From positions 163,806,001 to 163,870,000 of the forward strand of contig NC_086097.1 in the NCBI RefSeq assembly GCF_963921235.1: a stretch of 64,000 bases of DNA, in the 5' to 3' direction. Source of the DNA: Mobula hypostoma. Lineage: Eukaryota. The translations under genes and the position numbers were made by a program. The notes below the pieces were generated by a model. It was not told where the DNA came from, made no database searches, and was given only the letters and a program-made list of their open reading frames with translations. This document shows, one piece after another, positions 46,990 through 59,798 of the stretch. Within the stretch, counting starts at the first letter, position 1, and the number at the start of each line of letters is the position of its first letter.

Positions 46990-49550
46990 AACATTTAGGA
47001 AATAGTGATAATAAGTTTAAGATTAGCTCTAGAAAAGTAGAAGAAACAATACAAAGCAGAGTTAATTAGGGAAAGGCCAATTTCAAAGGGTGAGAATGAA
47101 TCTGGCCTATGTAATTGAACTGACATTTGTACAATAAAGGTGAACTCTTGATCTCACAATCTACCTCATCATTGCCTTTGCACCTTATTGTTTACCTAAA
47201 ATGCACCTTCTCCATAAGTGGAACACTATATTCTGAATTCTGTTATTGTTTTTCCTTTTGTACTTTGTTGATGTACTTAGGTTTTGAAAAGATCCATATC
47301 AATGGCATGCAAAATTAAGTTTTTATACTAAGTACCACTTAAATGGTGGTAATAAACCAATTACAAATTTCAAGCAAAGTTCTAACAAAACATTGGGCTG
47401 ACTTTCAGAGAGAGTTGATGAAGGTGCAGGTGAGATGTACTCAGATGAAGGAGAGAAAAACAAATCCAGAATTGCTTGGATAGTGAAGGAGATACAAAGG
47501 AAGATGAAACAGATAAAGGCTGCTTCTGGCAAGTATTGGATTATAAATCACAGAAAGAACTGTGCTGATTTCAGAAGAATCAGAGGGGAAGTGAAAACTA
47601 AAATAGGAGAGAGCAGGGAAATATAGAAAGCAAACAGGCTTGCAACAAAAGTGGAAATCCAAAGTTGTTCTATATAAATCAGAATCCAGTTTGTGATCAT
47701 TGACATACAGTATGCTGAGAAATGTGTTGTTTTGCAGCAGCATTACAGAGCAAGACTATAAGTTACAAAATTAAAGACGGTAGTTATGTTAAAACTTGAC
47801 AGAATTAAGCTATTAGAAAGGTTGGCATATCTTAGAATCGGTAACTCTCACAACTAAATGGGATGCATCTGAGGATTTTGAAGGCAGTACTAGAGGAAAC
47901 TGCAGAAGCACTACATGTAATCTTTGGATAACTGCGGTGGTTCCAGAGGGCTGGAGTGTTGCAAACTTTACAGTCCTGTCAATAACAGCTATAGGCCACT
48001 CAGTTTAACCTCAGTGGCTGGAGAGCTTTGAGTAACAATGATCTGGCCCAGAATTAATACTTAACTGGAAGAAAATGGATTAATTAAAGCAGACGAGCAT
48101 GGATTTGCTAAAGACAGATCATGTTTAACCAATCTGATAGAATTTTTTGTTGAGATGACAGATGGAGTTTGCAAGCATAAGGAAGTTGATGTAAGATACT
48201 TGGACTTAAGGTAGCTTTTAATAAGGTGCCACACAACATGCTTATCAGGGAATTTGAAGCACATGTCATAAAAGGACTTCAACAATATGGATATGAAATT
48301 GAATAAGTAACAGACAACTGGGGGCCATGGTAAATGCTCTTTTGGACTGGAGACATTCTCTAGGGATTGGTGATAGAGACATTACTTTGTTTGATCTTGC
48401 ATTAATGGCGTAGTTTTGGAAGTGCAAGCTGCAATTTCTAAATTTGCAGATGACGCAACATTTAGCTGTATGGTGAAGAGAATTTTGTGAAAACTTGCAG
48501 CAGGATACAAGCAGATTGGTAGAAACAGCTAGCACAAGACTGATGAGGCTTAATGCAGAGAAATTTAAGAAGATACATTCTAGTAGGAAGACTCTAAGAT
48601 GATTTACTGCTTAGAAGAATGAGGAGAAGCAATATAAAATAAAGGATCAACAAACGATCTGCTAGAGAAACTTGGTAGATCAAGAAGCGTTTGTGGGAGG
48701 AAAGGAAGTGGCAATGTGTTGGGTTGAAATCCTGCATCAGGTTTCAACCCGGATCATCAACAGTTCCTTTTTCCTACAGATGCTGGTCATTCTTTTGCAT
48801 TCTTCCAGTAGATTGCTTGATGCTCAGTTTTCCTGCATCTGAAGTCCCTTGAGTCCTTAGAACAAAGGATCCTGGTCTAAAACAGAAAATGAAGCAGAGG
48901 GACCTGGGAGAATGGGTACATAAATCAATATAAGCAGTTAATAACCGTTCTACATTTTTCAGCCATAGAGTCAAGAAACGTAAAAGCAGCCAAGCTTGCT
49001 AAACTATAAAACAGTGTTATGGCCTCGGGTAGAGTATTATATTCAATTCTAGTTCCTATATCAGAGAAAAAATATGAAGGTACTGGAGAGGTTCCAGAAA
49101 AGAATAGTTCTTGGGATGAGGGACTTCAGTTAAAGGAATAGATTAAGGAAATGTTGTTATTTTCTTTGGAGAAAAAAAGACTGAAAGGAGATCTGACAGA
49201 ATTCTATAAAATGATAGGAGAGTGGATAGTGGGAGGCCGCTTCCATGGGTGGAGGGGTTCAGCACCAGAGGTCCCAGGTTCAAATTAAAGGAGAAGAGAA
49301 TTAACATCGACCTGAAAAAATTCTTCTACACTGGTTACAATCTGAAATCCATTACCTACATATGTCATGGAGGTGGTTACTACTATAGCCCTCCAGAAGG
49401 AATTGTATAAATACCTGGAGAAGAAATATTTGCAAGGCAATGGAGAAAGGATTGGGTATGGAACTAGTGAGTTGCTCAGGAAGAGCTGGCATAGACATTT
49501 TGGGCTAAATGACCATGTTTTGTCCTGAAGAATTTTTATAGTTTAGTGCT
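46990..49550 (+). mobile_element. Old CR1 ORF2 remnant with nested Rex1 tails and a PLE hairpin
   Basis: YRPLSL, QHGF-like (gagcatggatttg), KFADD (aaatttgcagatgac) and 3' end motifs; heavily mutated. Confidence 0.7.
48650..48850. repeat. PLE-terminus-derived palindrome
   Basis: Two opposed PLE-like terminal arms joined at gggttgaaatcctgcatcaggtttcaaccc. Confidence 0.65.
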
Positions 49551-50109
49551 TTTATATCATCTTTTCTCTTTTGTTGTTCTTGTTTTTGCTGGTTTGTTTC
49601 TATTTGTTTCGTATTCTTTTCTCCCTTTCTGGTTACTATAACATTGGAATATCCTACCATTCAATTTAAGATGCAAGAGCTGATTGCTTTACCAATTCCA
49701 ATGGGATCAATCAATTCCCTTAATTTCTTGATTGGACTCATTCTGGTTTGCAGTAACATTTGGTCACATAATTCAATTGCCTGGGTTACTGATAAAGAAA
49801 AGAAATTCATGAGTGAAGTAATATGAAAATTAGGATTCTTATAATTCACTAATGACTGGTTATAATAAGCAGTTCTATTAGTGGGAATAGGCTGTCACTT
49901 CAAACAATAAGATCACTGCAATGTTGTTTCATATAGTTACAAATAATACTTGCAATATATATTCAAAAGTTCAACATCACTGGGGACAAGAAGGATTGCT
50001 GGATCAGACAGGATATGCTGTATTAGCTTACCAACCTTCAACCTCCATCACTTGGTTAAACAGAGTCGGGAGGTGCACAAGCATGCTATGAAATAAAGGC
50101 AGTGTCTGA

Positions 50110-50785
50110 CCATAAGACATAGGAACAGAATTGTCCCATTAGACCTATTGAGTCTACTTCGCCACTCCATTCAAGACTGGTTTATTATCCCTGTCAATCA
50201 CATTCTTCTGCCTTCTCCCCATAACCTTTGAATCCCTTACTAAACAAGAACCTATCAACCTCTGTTTTAAATATGCCCAATGACTTGGCCTCCACAGCTG
50301 TCTGTGGCAATGACATAGACAGATTCAACCCCCTCTGGCTAAAAAGGAAAAAACCTCCTCATCTCTATTTTAAAGGAACATCTTTCTGTGCTGAGTTTGT
50401 GCCATTCAATAGTCTTATAGTAGTGGGATAGAACCTGTCCTTGAGCTTGGGTGTACTTGCTTTCAGGCTTTTATATCTTCTGCCCATTGGAAGGGGGGAG
50501 AACAGAGGATGTCTAGGACGGGTGGGGTCTTTGATTGTGCTGGTTGTTTTACTGAAATAGTGAGAGTATTAACAGACACCATAGAGGGGGCCTGGTTTCC
50601 GTGATATGCTGAGCTATATCCATAACTCTCAACAACAAGACGGCTGACAGTGGAACTCAGCCACCTGAGCAGCATCAGCAGAAGTCCCAATACTGGATTT
50701 TGACCCGAAACATCAACAGTTCCCCCCACCACCCCCCAGAGATGCCGCTTGACTCGCTGAGTTCCTCCAGCAGATTGTTTGTTCC
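50110..50785. mobile_element. Cluster: CR1 3' end (-), Rex1 scrap (-), PLE tail (+)
   Basis: 50110-50420 resembles 28865-29160; 50430-50625 is Rex1-like; 50690-50785 reads gacccgaaacatcaac...gagttcctccagcag. Confidence 0.6.
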
Positions 50786-52899
50786 ACACCATCCTGATTT
50801 GGAAATGTATTGCCCTTTCTTCATATTCATCTTCTGCCCTAAAGCACCGTGAGAGTGTCTTCTTCCGAAAGCAGTTCACCACCACCTTCTCAAGGGTAAT
50901 TAAGGCTGGCCAATAAACCCTGGCCTTGACAAAGTAATGTTTAGATATGTACAGATCTGAGGAAATATAAGAACTGACACATTGTATGATACAGTGTTTT
51001 AAGAGGTAAGGGAAATACAAGTGGGGTTTGGTCAGACTCAGTAGAGTGCCTTTGTCCTGCTTCGCATAATTTACTTTTAACTGCACTTATCCACATAATT
51101 ACCTACTTTAAAAGGAACATTCTCATTAACAAGATGATCTTTGACATGATATATTGTGCATTGCAGAATGAGTTCAGTGGGAAGTGCTTACTGCAAACTA
51201 CTTCTGCCAGTAACTGAAAGAGGGAAATTACATTTTACATGATCATTTGGCTGTTTGGACATGAGCCTGATAAGCCCTCATCTCCTTAGAACTGTGGTTC
51301 CTGCCTGACCATTTGTTCTAGACCAGATGGTGGCTGAAGTATGTGATATGTTATTCAGCTTCAGTGGTAGGCAGACTGCACGGACCATTTGGTTTCCCTG
51401 TTCCTGCTTAAGCAAATCCTGCTGCATGTATCACAACAGACATTCTCACCCATCAGCTAGCTTAAAGTGGTTTTCAGGCCTGGTTTTAAAATTCTGTACA
51501 ATAATTAAATAAGCAATGGATAAATTAATTGTGTAATCTCAGTTCTAGTGTATAGAAATTCTTTGCAATGCCAATGGATGATACATTCATAAACTGGGGT
51601 TGTATGAGGTGTCAATAGATGATAAAACCATAACCTGGGATTCTGGGCAGGAATTTGGCACAGCATCAACAAATCAGAAGATTTTCACTGGGATTTCTTT
51701 AAGGAAGTTTTGTATGAGAGCGGAGGGAGAAGATTTCATAGCTTGTCTTAAAAATTTCATTCCTTATTTTATAACCTCTCCATGACTTAGCCCCTCACTA
51801 TACTCTTATCCAGTGCTCCAAGCCTCTGAGGTACTTTGCAGATTTTTACTATGCCTCTTAAACAGCCATCCTTTCAGTTGCTGAGTCATTAAGCTTTGAA
51901 TTTCTTTGAAGAGAAAGGAAAGCAAATAGGTTCATAAAATCAGAATTCATTGAAATACTTAGAAAAAAATGAGAATCTTAGCCAAAATCTTAATGTTCTA
52001 ATACATATCTACAATATAAATGAGCAGAGAAATGATTAATCCAGTTTTTATATTTATGCTTTCAAGGCTAGGATAATGTGTAGCCTAGAAGCACAGTTTT
52101 AACTTACAACTTACTGTCACAAGATATATAATTCTGAAGCTTTGCTCATTGAAAGTGTGAAAATATAATGACTGTCCTCAAGATATGATGACTTTTTTCC
52201 AAGCTGTCAGAGTAATGTGACTCCTGTATATTCTTATCATTAATTTTCACTCAATGTAACATTGTCCAGAAGTGTTTCTAGTGAACTTAAAGGCAGGGAG
52301 TGTTGGGAGCAAATTAATTGCTTTGTTACACTTTCAGACAGCGAGTAGCAACTGACATTCAGTAACCAAGGGTAGAAAGAAGGCCTGTAGCTGAAAATCT
52401 GCCTTTATATTGTAGAAGGTGTTTGCTACAACACAGTGCCTGATATATTGACTCTTCACTAATTGCTGCACCCTGCAAATAAAAATACGAGGAATTGTTA
52501 CTGCTGGTACGTAGGAATTCTTAAAATCTTCATTTTTAGTTCCAAATTATAGCCTTCCCTTTGAGTTTTACTTGTAAACGCCAGGGATTTAAAAAACATG
52601 AAACAAATGACATCATGGGTGCTTCAAAAATGAAGCCAACTCAGATGGGGAAGTACCACGTGGAGGTTTGGCAATTGGCAGAAAACTGCACATAAGAGAT
52701 GGTAGAAGGCAAGTTTGTTGGAGTTGTTATGGAGTGTGCTTGATCTGATGGGTGTGGTTGTTTATTCCTATGCAAAGGCTGACACTATACAATAGTAGTG
52801 GAAAATGGAGTTCAGTGGGAGCAGGTAGTCTTCCCTTCGGGTGTTCAGTGAAACCCTCTCTCACTGCTTCCCCTCTGCAATCTCTGCTGCCCGACTTCT

Positions 52900-53092
52900 T
52901 CCTCCTCTCCCTCCACCTTCTTCTCTGACTTCACCCCTTATTTCCACTCCTGACTAAAAGTCTTGTCCTGAAATGTTGATTGTTTACTCTTTTCCATAGA
53001 TGCTGCCTGGCCTGCTGAGTTCCTCCAGCATTTTGTGTGTGTGTGTGTGTGTGTTTTGTTTTCAATTTCCAGCATCTGCAGATTTTCTCATG
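52900..53092 (+). repeat. Orphan PLE terminal segment with (TG)n
   Basis: cctgactaaaagtcttgtcctgaaatgttgattg...gatgctgcctggcctgctgagttcctccagc...ttccagcatctgcag. Confidence 0.7.
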
Positions 53093-53506
53093 TTCGGGAC
53101 AACTGCACGTCCCCAAATCATGACTTTTCCAGACTGCCAAATTATTTCACAAATGCTACACTCAGCTCTGGCTTTATAATTCACCTCTCTTCTATTGACA
53201 CTGCATAGAATTCCCACTCATTTATTGACAATGCAGAGCATTCACATGCACCGATCAAACCTAAAATACTCACCATATTCGTGGAGACTTTATCGAATTC
53301 TGATACAAAATATTTCCCTCATTCACCGCCATCACCAAAAATTTACCCTCATTCAATGTAAATAATACTAGTGTAGAATCTTCTCCTCATTTATGCATTT
53401 GACATGGAATTCCCAGAAACAATCTTCCTTTCATTAATTGGCACAATGCAGAATTCTCTACATTCATTACTACAGTCAGCATAGCAACACTAGGACCATT
53501 TTGGCA

Positions 53507-54165
53507 ATCAGAATCAGGTTTAATATCATTGGCATATGTTGTGAAATGTATTAACTTAGTGGCAGCAGTAGAATGCAATATATGATAATCAGAATCAGAA
53601 CTAGGTTTATTATCACTGTCATGTGTCATGAAATTTGTTAACTTAGCAGCAGCAGTTCAATGCAATACATAATATAGAAGAAGGAGGAAAAAATAATTAT
53701 AAATAGGTGAGTAAATCAAGTACAGTAAATATGTATATGTGTAAATATATATATATAATAGTTAAATTAAAAATAATGAAAAAGCAGAAATAATGAAAGT
53801 AATGAGGTAGTGTTCATGGGTTCAATGTCCGTATAGGAATCAAATGGCAGAAGGGAAGAAGGTGTTCCTGAATCATTCAGTGTGTGCCTTCAAGCTTCTG
53901 TACCTCCTTAATGACGGTAACAATGAGAAGAGGGCATGTCTTGGGTGATGGGGGTCATTAATGATGGACACTGCCTTTCTGAAGCACTGTTCCTTAAGGA
54001 TGTCTTAGATACCAAGGAGGATAGTATCCGTGATGGGGCTGACTAACTTTACAACTTTCTGTAGCTTCTTTTGGTCCTGTGCAGTAGCCGCACCCTCCAT
54101 ACCAGACAGTGATGAGCCTGTAAGAATACTCTGCATGGTGCATCTGTAGAAGTTTTCAAGTGTAA
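53507..54165 (-). mobile_element. Rex1/Babar 3' fragment with a duplicated tail
   Basis: LENFYRCTMQSILTG; two tandem tail units starting aatcagaatcag at ~53507 and ~53587. Confidence 0.75.
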
Positions 54166-54489
54166 CTCTAGGTAACTTGGACTTCGTATTTTTTTGTTCT
54201 AATTGTGTTCTTTCGTAAAAGTTCTGCGTCACTTATGTCCACCTTTTTCTTGTGAAGGCTGTTTATATGATGCTCTGTGCCTGTGATGCTGGCAAGATCT
54301 TTATTTCACCTGTGTTACATTTGCTTGTGCATATGACAATAAACTTGACTTTGTCTTTGACTATACGCAGACACTATCCCAGTATGATGCCTTCCCATCA
54401 TTCAATTCCCATATAGAATTACCATCAATAATCCTCCTTGTTTGTTAGAACTGTACAGATTCTCTTATGAAATCTCACGCTGAAAATTA

Positions 54490-54712
54490 AAAGCAAAATG
54501 TAGATGCTGGAGCTCTGAGATAAACACCAAATGCCTTTGGAATACTCACCAGATCAAGCAGCATTTGTGGAGGAACAATATTAATGTTTCAAGTCTGACA
54601 ATATATTAAGCATGTATAGGGACCAAGTGTCTTTGATCTGAAACATTAACACTGTACTATTTTCTATGGGTGCTGCCTGATGAGCTGAGTGTTTGCAGCA
54701 TTTTCTGCTTTG
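54490..54712. repeat. Old PLE-terminus-like palindrome
   Basis: Arms tactcaccagatcaagcagcat...ttaatgtttcaagtc / gatctgaaacattaa...tgctgcctgatgagctgagtg. Confidence 0.55.
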
Positions 54713-55509
54713 AACAGCTTGTGCTCACTTATTGATTCTGCACAGCAACCCGATACAGAATTCAAGTCATTGACTTTCTTATTCACTGACACCACACACG
54801 GACAACCCATTGAAAATTCATATATGGTGAATCTCTCCTTTTCCCCTCATTTATACAGAACTTCCATGAAGAATAAGGAATTACCATATAACATCTCCTC
54901 ATTGTTGTTGCTGTGCAAAATTCCCACACAGAATTCAGGTATATGATTTTATCAACCTTTGACACTGCACAGAATTTCTGTACACTCAGATTTGACATTA
55001 CACATGTCAGTGTTCATTAATCCAGTGCTGGTTTAATCATTGCACAGATATTCGGTTCAGATACAACAGAAAAGCTGATTGAAATATACAGTACCATCTC
55101 TGACAGACACACTAAAGGTCTTGCAAAACCCCATCAACCCCCCACCCACCAGTATTCACAGTGAAATCAAGCTGAGGTATAATATTCACTGGAAAGAGTC
55201 ACATTTTGTACAACTGTGAGCCAAGTCATTTATGTTCCTGCTGAGTGTTACTGTTTTGATTGAATTGTGAAATGAATCATTAAATTGGATGTAGTACAGA
55301 AAGTTGCAAGTTGGCTATTTTTAATACCCATTTTATAAAAATACTTTGATGCACATAGAAAGCTTTTCTGGATATGTCTTGCCTTGACAAAGCTGTTCTG
55401 TACTGACCATCATTTCTTTTTAAGTAACATATGGTTAACTCTTTTGGATTCCCTGCCTTTCCAGTGGGAGCTGTACTGTTGAGCAGCTGCAGCAGTTAGT
55501 AGAGAAGAC

Positions 55510-55980
55510 GGAACTTCCATTTGAATTGTTCCTTTCTTGATCTCAGGGTGTCTCAAAGAACTTGACTGCCAGTAAATTGCTTGTGATGTCTACTTGCTGT
55601 TGTGTCATGTTGCCACGCCAACCAATTTGAACCCAGCACGCTCCCACAAACAGCAACATCCTAATGACCAAATAATCTGACATTAGTGAGATTGGTTAAG
55701 GGATAAATTTAACCTTGGGATAAATGTTGACAGGGAAATGAGTCCCTTATTGCTCTGTGAAGTAATACACTGGATTCTTTAACATACCCCATGGAGAAGA
55801 GGGAGGGCCAGAACTTAACAGCTCATTCCAAAAGGCAACATAATCAAGTATTGCAGCAATCCCATGGTATTGTAGTAAATCTTAAGTCTAGATCTTTGTA
55901 ATTTGATTACTTTTAGTGGGATCTGAACCCACAGCTTTCTGATTCAGATGACGTGTGTTACTGATTGATATGCAACTGAC
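55510..55980 (-). mobile_element. Near full-length Deu-domain SINE (SacSINE1-like)
   Basis: Reverse tRNA-like head (gggatctgaacccacagctttctgattcaga) and Deu-like blocks (ctcccacaaacagcaa...atgaccaaataatctg; ggattctttaacat). Confidence 0.6.
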
Positions 55981-57261
55981 ATCTGGGATTCTCATTTAAG
56001 TTATAAATTTAGAACATGCCAAATGTTTTTCTCACAAGGAGTGTAGAAAAATCCAGATGGCAAGCTATCTTTCTGTGTAGCACGAGCTGCCTGTTACAAA
56101 ACAGATTATCAGATTCCTGTTGCATATACAACATGAAGTTATTTGGACAAACTGCAGATACAGTATCAGAATATAGCGTATAGAACATTGTAGCACAGGA
56201 AAAGGCTCTTTGGCCCATGATATCTGTGCTGAAAATATGCCAAATTCAGTTAATTCCATCTCCCTGATCCCATGACCCTCATATTCCCAAATTCCCTGTA
56301 TATTCATGTGCCTGTCTAAAAGCCTCACAAATATCGCTATCTCATCTGCTTCCATCATCTTGCACTGTCTGTAAAAATGCTTCCCTCACAAATCTCACTT
56401 AAACTTTGCTCCTCTCAACCTAAAGCAATGCCCTTTAGCATTTGACATTTCCATTTTGTAAGCGTCTGTCAGATTTCCCTTCAGCCTCCAACACTCCTCA
56501 GAAAACATTTCAGATTTCCTTATAGCTAATTGTGTTGAATCCAGGCAACAGTCTGATGCACCTCTTCTGCATCCTCTCCAAAGCCACCAGATTCTTCCTG
56601 TAATGTAATGCAACAGGAAGCCCATATGATACTCAAATGTGGCCTAACCAAAGTTTTATACAGCTGCAACCTAAGTTCTCAACTTTCTCCAGCTGGTGAC
56701 AGTAAACAGAGGATGCCGTACATCCTCTTTACCACCTATGTACAGGTTTCCCCCGCCATCCGAAGGTAGAGCGTTCCTATGAAATGGTTCGTAAGCCGAA
56801 ATGTCATAAAGTGAAGAAGCAATTACCATTTATTTATATAGGAAAAATTTGTGAGCCTTCGCAGACCCAAAAAATAACCTACCAAATCATGCCAAATAAC
56901 CCAGTAAAAGCAGGAATGATATGATAAATACACAGCCTATATAAAGTAGAAATACTTTTCTACAGTTATTGCCGCACTGTCCACCGTAGCGAAAATCTCA
57001 CACAAGTGTTCTCGACAGAAACACGGTGCAAGTGCTCTTGGCAGAAACACGGCGTAAGCACTCTTGGCAGAAACACTCTCTCCAGTAACCTTTAAGCTAT
57101 GAAACTGCCAAATCATACCAAATAACACATAAAAAGACACAGCCTACATAAAGTAGAAATAATGTATGTACAGTGTAATATCACTTACCGGATTCAGGAA
57201 GACAGTGCCGAGCACACTGATGGTGGTGTGTTAGGCTGAGTCGTCGGAGGCTGGTGTGGTG

Positions 57262-57523
57262 CAGTGGTCCCCAACTTCCAGGTCGCCAACCGATACTGAT
57301 CCGTGAAGCATTAGGTGCCGCCCGACACGTAAATGTCGGCCCAGATCAGAGGTGATGCAATCGGCAATCGCCTCTGATCCGGGCTGACATTTACGTGCCA
57401 GGCGGCACTTAATTAATTATCTTGTTTATTTCGGCATTTTTTCCTCAAAGATGTGCTGGGTGCAACCTGGCTACCGCTGCATGCTTCCCAGCAATGTATC
57501 GGTCCATGGCCTGGAGGTTGGGG
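57262..57523. repeat. hAT-like inverted-repeat module with an internal 102-bp palindrome
   Basis: Outer arms cagtggtccccaacttccagg..accgatac / gtatcggt..cctggaggttgggg; inner hairpin 57311-57412. Confidence 0.65.
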
Positions 57524-57680
57524 TGGTGGGACACTGAGGTGTCATCACATTGTCGTCTTTTTCCATCAGAGCAGGTAGGTCATCTTCTCCGATGTCTGCC
57601 TGCCTTGATGTCGAAGGTTGAGGTTTGTTGTCTGCTGTGGCTGATGTGGAAGGCTTGAAAAACGACAGTATGCTTGACTG

Positions 57681-58335
57681 GGAGACCGCTTTGCTGAACA
57701 TCTACGCTCTGTCCGCCAGAGAAAGCAGGATCTCCCAGTGACCACACATTTTAATTCCACATCCCATTCCCATTCTGACATGTCTATCCACGGCCTCCTC
57801 TACTGTAAAGATGAAGCCACACTCAGGTTGGAGGAACAACACCTTATATTCCGTCTGGGTAGCCTCCAACCTGATGGCATGAACATTGACTTCTCTAACT
57901 TCCGCTAGGCCCCACCTCCCCCTCGTACCCCAGCTGTTACTCATTTTTATGCACACATTCTTTCTCTCACTCTCCTTTTTCTCCCTCTGTCCCTCTAAAT
58001 ATACCTCTTGCCCATCCTCTGGGTCACCCCCCCCCGTCTTTCTCCCTAGGCCTCCTGTCCCATGGTCCTCTCGTATCCCCTTTTGCCTATCACCTGTCCA
58101 GCTCTCGGCTCTATCCCTCCCCCTCCTGTCTTCTCCTATCATTTTGCATCTCCCCCTCCCCCTCCAGCTTTCAAATCCCTTACTCACTCTTCCTTCAGTT
58201 AGTCCTGACGAAGGGTCTCGGCCTGAAACGTCGACTGCGCCTCTTCCTATAGATGCTGCTTGGCCTGCTGCGTTCACCAGCAACTTTGATGTATGTTGCT
58301 TGAATTTCCAGCATCTGCAGAATTCCTGTTGTTTT
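57681..58335 (+). mobile_element. Penelope 3' fragment nested in Tigger
   Basis: Nearly identical to 24845-25496; 14-bp TSD AGTATGCTTGACTG at 57667-57680 and 58336-58349. Confidence 0.95.
58201..58236 (+). ncRNA. Minimal hammerhead ribozyme motif
   Basis: Identical to 25366-25401. Confidence 0.8.
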
Positions 58336-59798
58336 AGTATGCTTGACTGCTTAGCCTCGTGCATTTTTCTATCATACAGTTCCTTGTAAGCACTCAAACC
58401 ATCCTGCAAATATGCCCTAAACCTATGTACCTTTTCAAAATTAAAGTTGTACTTTTCTGCAATCATTGTAACGAAAATCTCACGCAGTTGTTTCATGTTC
58501 AGTTCCGGGACGACTTCGCTTTCGATCTGTTCGCTACTGCATTCAGTTTCATTTGTTATCCTTTCCTCTTCCAATTGCAGTAGCTCTTCATCTATCAGTT
58601 CTTGGTCATGGGATGCCAAAATGTCTACAACATCATCTTTGTCAACTTCCACAAGTCAAACTCACTTTGTCCTTACTTTGTTCACCACGATCGAAATGCT
58701 TAATTATGTCTAGTTTTCTGTTAAGTGTAACACCCTTACGTGCTCTTTTAGGCTTTTCCAATACCTTAGAACTCATCTTGCTAACGGATGCTCAAAATAA
58801 ATTGATATCAGGCACAGATGCTCACCATAAGCAATGGTAGCTAGAATGCAGTGCCGGGGGAGGAGCTTGGCTGCTCGGGGCACGCGTTGCCTTTTTTTGT
58901 AACAGTGCAAACACCTCCTGTTAGTGAAAATAGGTAACTAATGTAGGTCTTTCGTAACAGCGAGGTTTCGTAAAGCAAACGTTCGAAAAGCGGGGGGCAC
59001 CTGTATTTAAGTAACCACTTTCATGGAGCTATGGAATTGCACCTTAAGATCTCTCTGTACTCTGGAGTTCCATCCTGCCATTCACTGTATACTTTTCCCT
59101 GACGTTCATCGTCCCAAAGTGCAAAATCTCGCACTTGTCGGGATTAATCTCTGTCTACAATTTTTCTGCTCATATCGCCAACTGATCTATTTCCTGCTAT
59201 ATCCTTTGACAACTTTCCTCACTATCCACAACCCCACCAATCTTTATGTCAGCTGCAAAGTTGATAATCCGCCCATCTATATTTTTGTTGAAATAATTGC
59301 TATATATATCACAAATAACAGAGGACCTAGCACAGATATTTGTGGAACACCAGTGAGGACAATCCATGCAGACAGCATCCACTGCCCTACGCTCATTTAT
59401 CATCTTCATCACCTTCACAAAACCTCAGTCGATTTTGGAAGACATGACCCCCCCTGCATAAAATCATGCTACTTATCCTTAATAAAGCCTTTCTTATCCA
59501 AATGCTAGTAAATCTTATCCCTGTGAATCCTATCCACTAGCCTTCCTACCACTGGTATTAGGCGCACTGACCTATAATTTCCTGCATTATTCCTATTGCT
59601 TTTCTAAAATCAAGGAACAACTTTGTCTACTTTCTAGTCCTCCAGGACCTTGCCTGGGACCAGCCAGGATACAAGGATCTTTATCAAGTCTTTCAGTTAC
59701 CCGGGTTAGATCCCATATTGCCTATTAAGAAAAGTTAATGAACCCCAGGATATGGAGAAGTACATCAACTTCAGTTTCTCAAAGTTTATTGTGCTACA

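Larger units (their letters stand above)
56743..59003 (-). mobile_element. Internally deleted Tigger/pogo DNA transposon
   Basis: TA|CAGGTTTCCCCCGC...GCGGGGGGCACCTG|TA. The minus strand from ATG 58776 gives MSSKVLEKPKRARKGVTLNRKLDIIKHFDRGE (CENP-B/psq HTH-like), joined directly to a Tigger-like C-terminus (VDILASHDQELIDEELLQLEEER...YKELYDRKM...QSSILSFFK). No DDE domain. Confidence 0.88.
56178..59700 (-). mobile_element. CR1 fragment split by a Tigger insertion
   Basis: 3' part 56178-56742 and RT part 59004-59700 (NFAADIKIGGVVDSEE); sequence is continuous across the TA site. Confidence 0.8.

Noticed and set aside
57702..58652. 316-aa minus-strand ORF as a novel gene
   Set aside because: It is a chance read-through from the Tigger C-terminus into the antisense strand of the nested Penelope; the junction coincides with the TSD.
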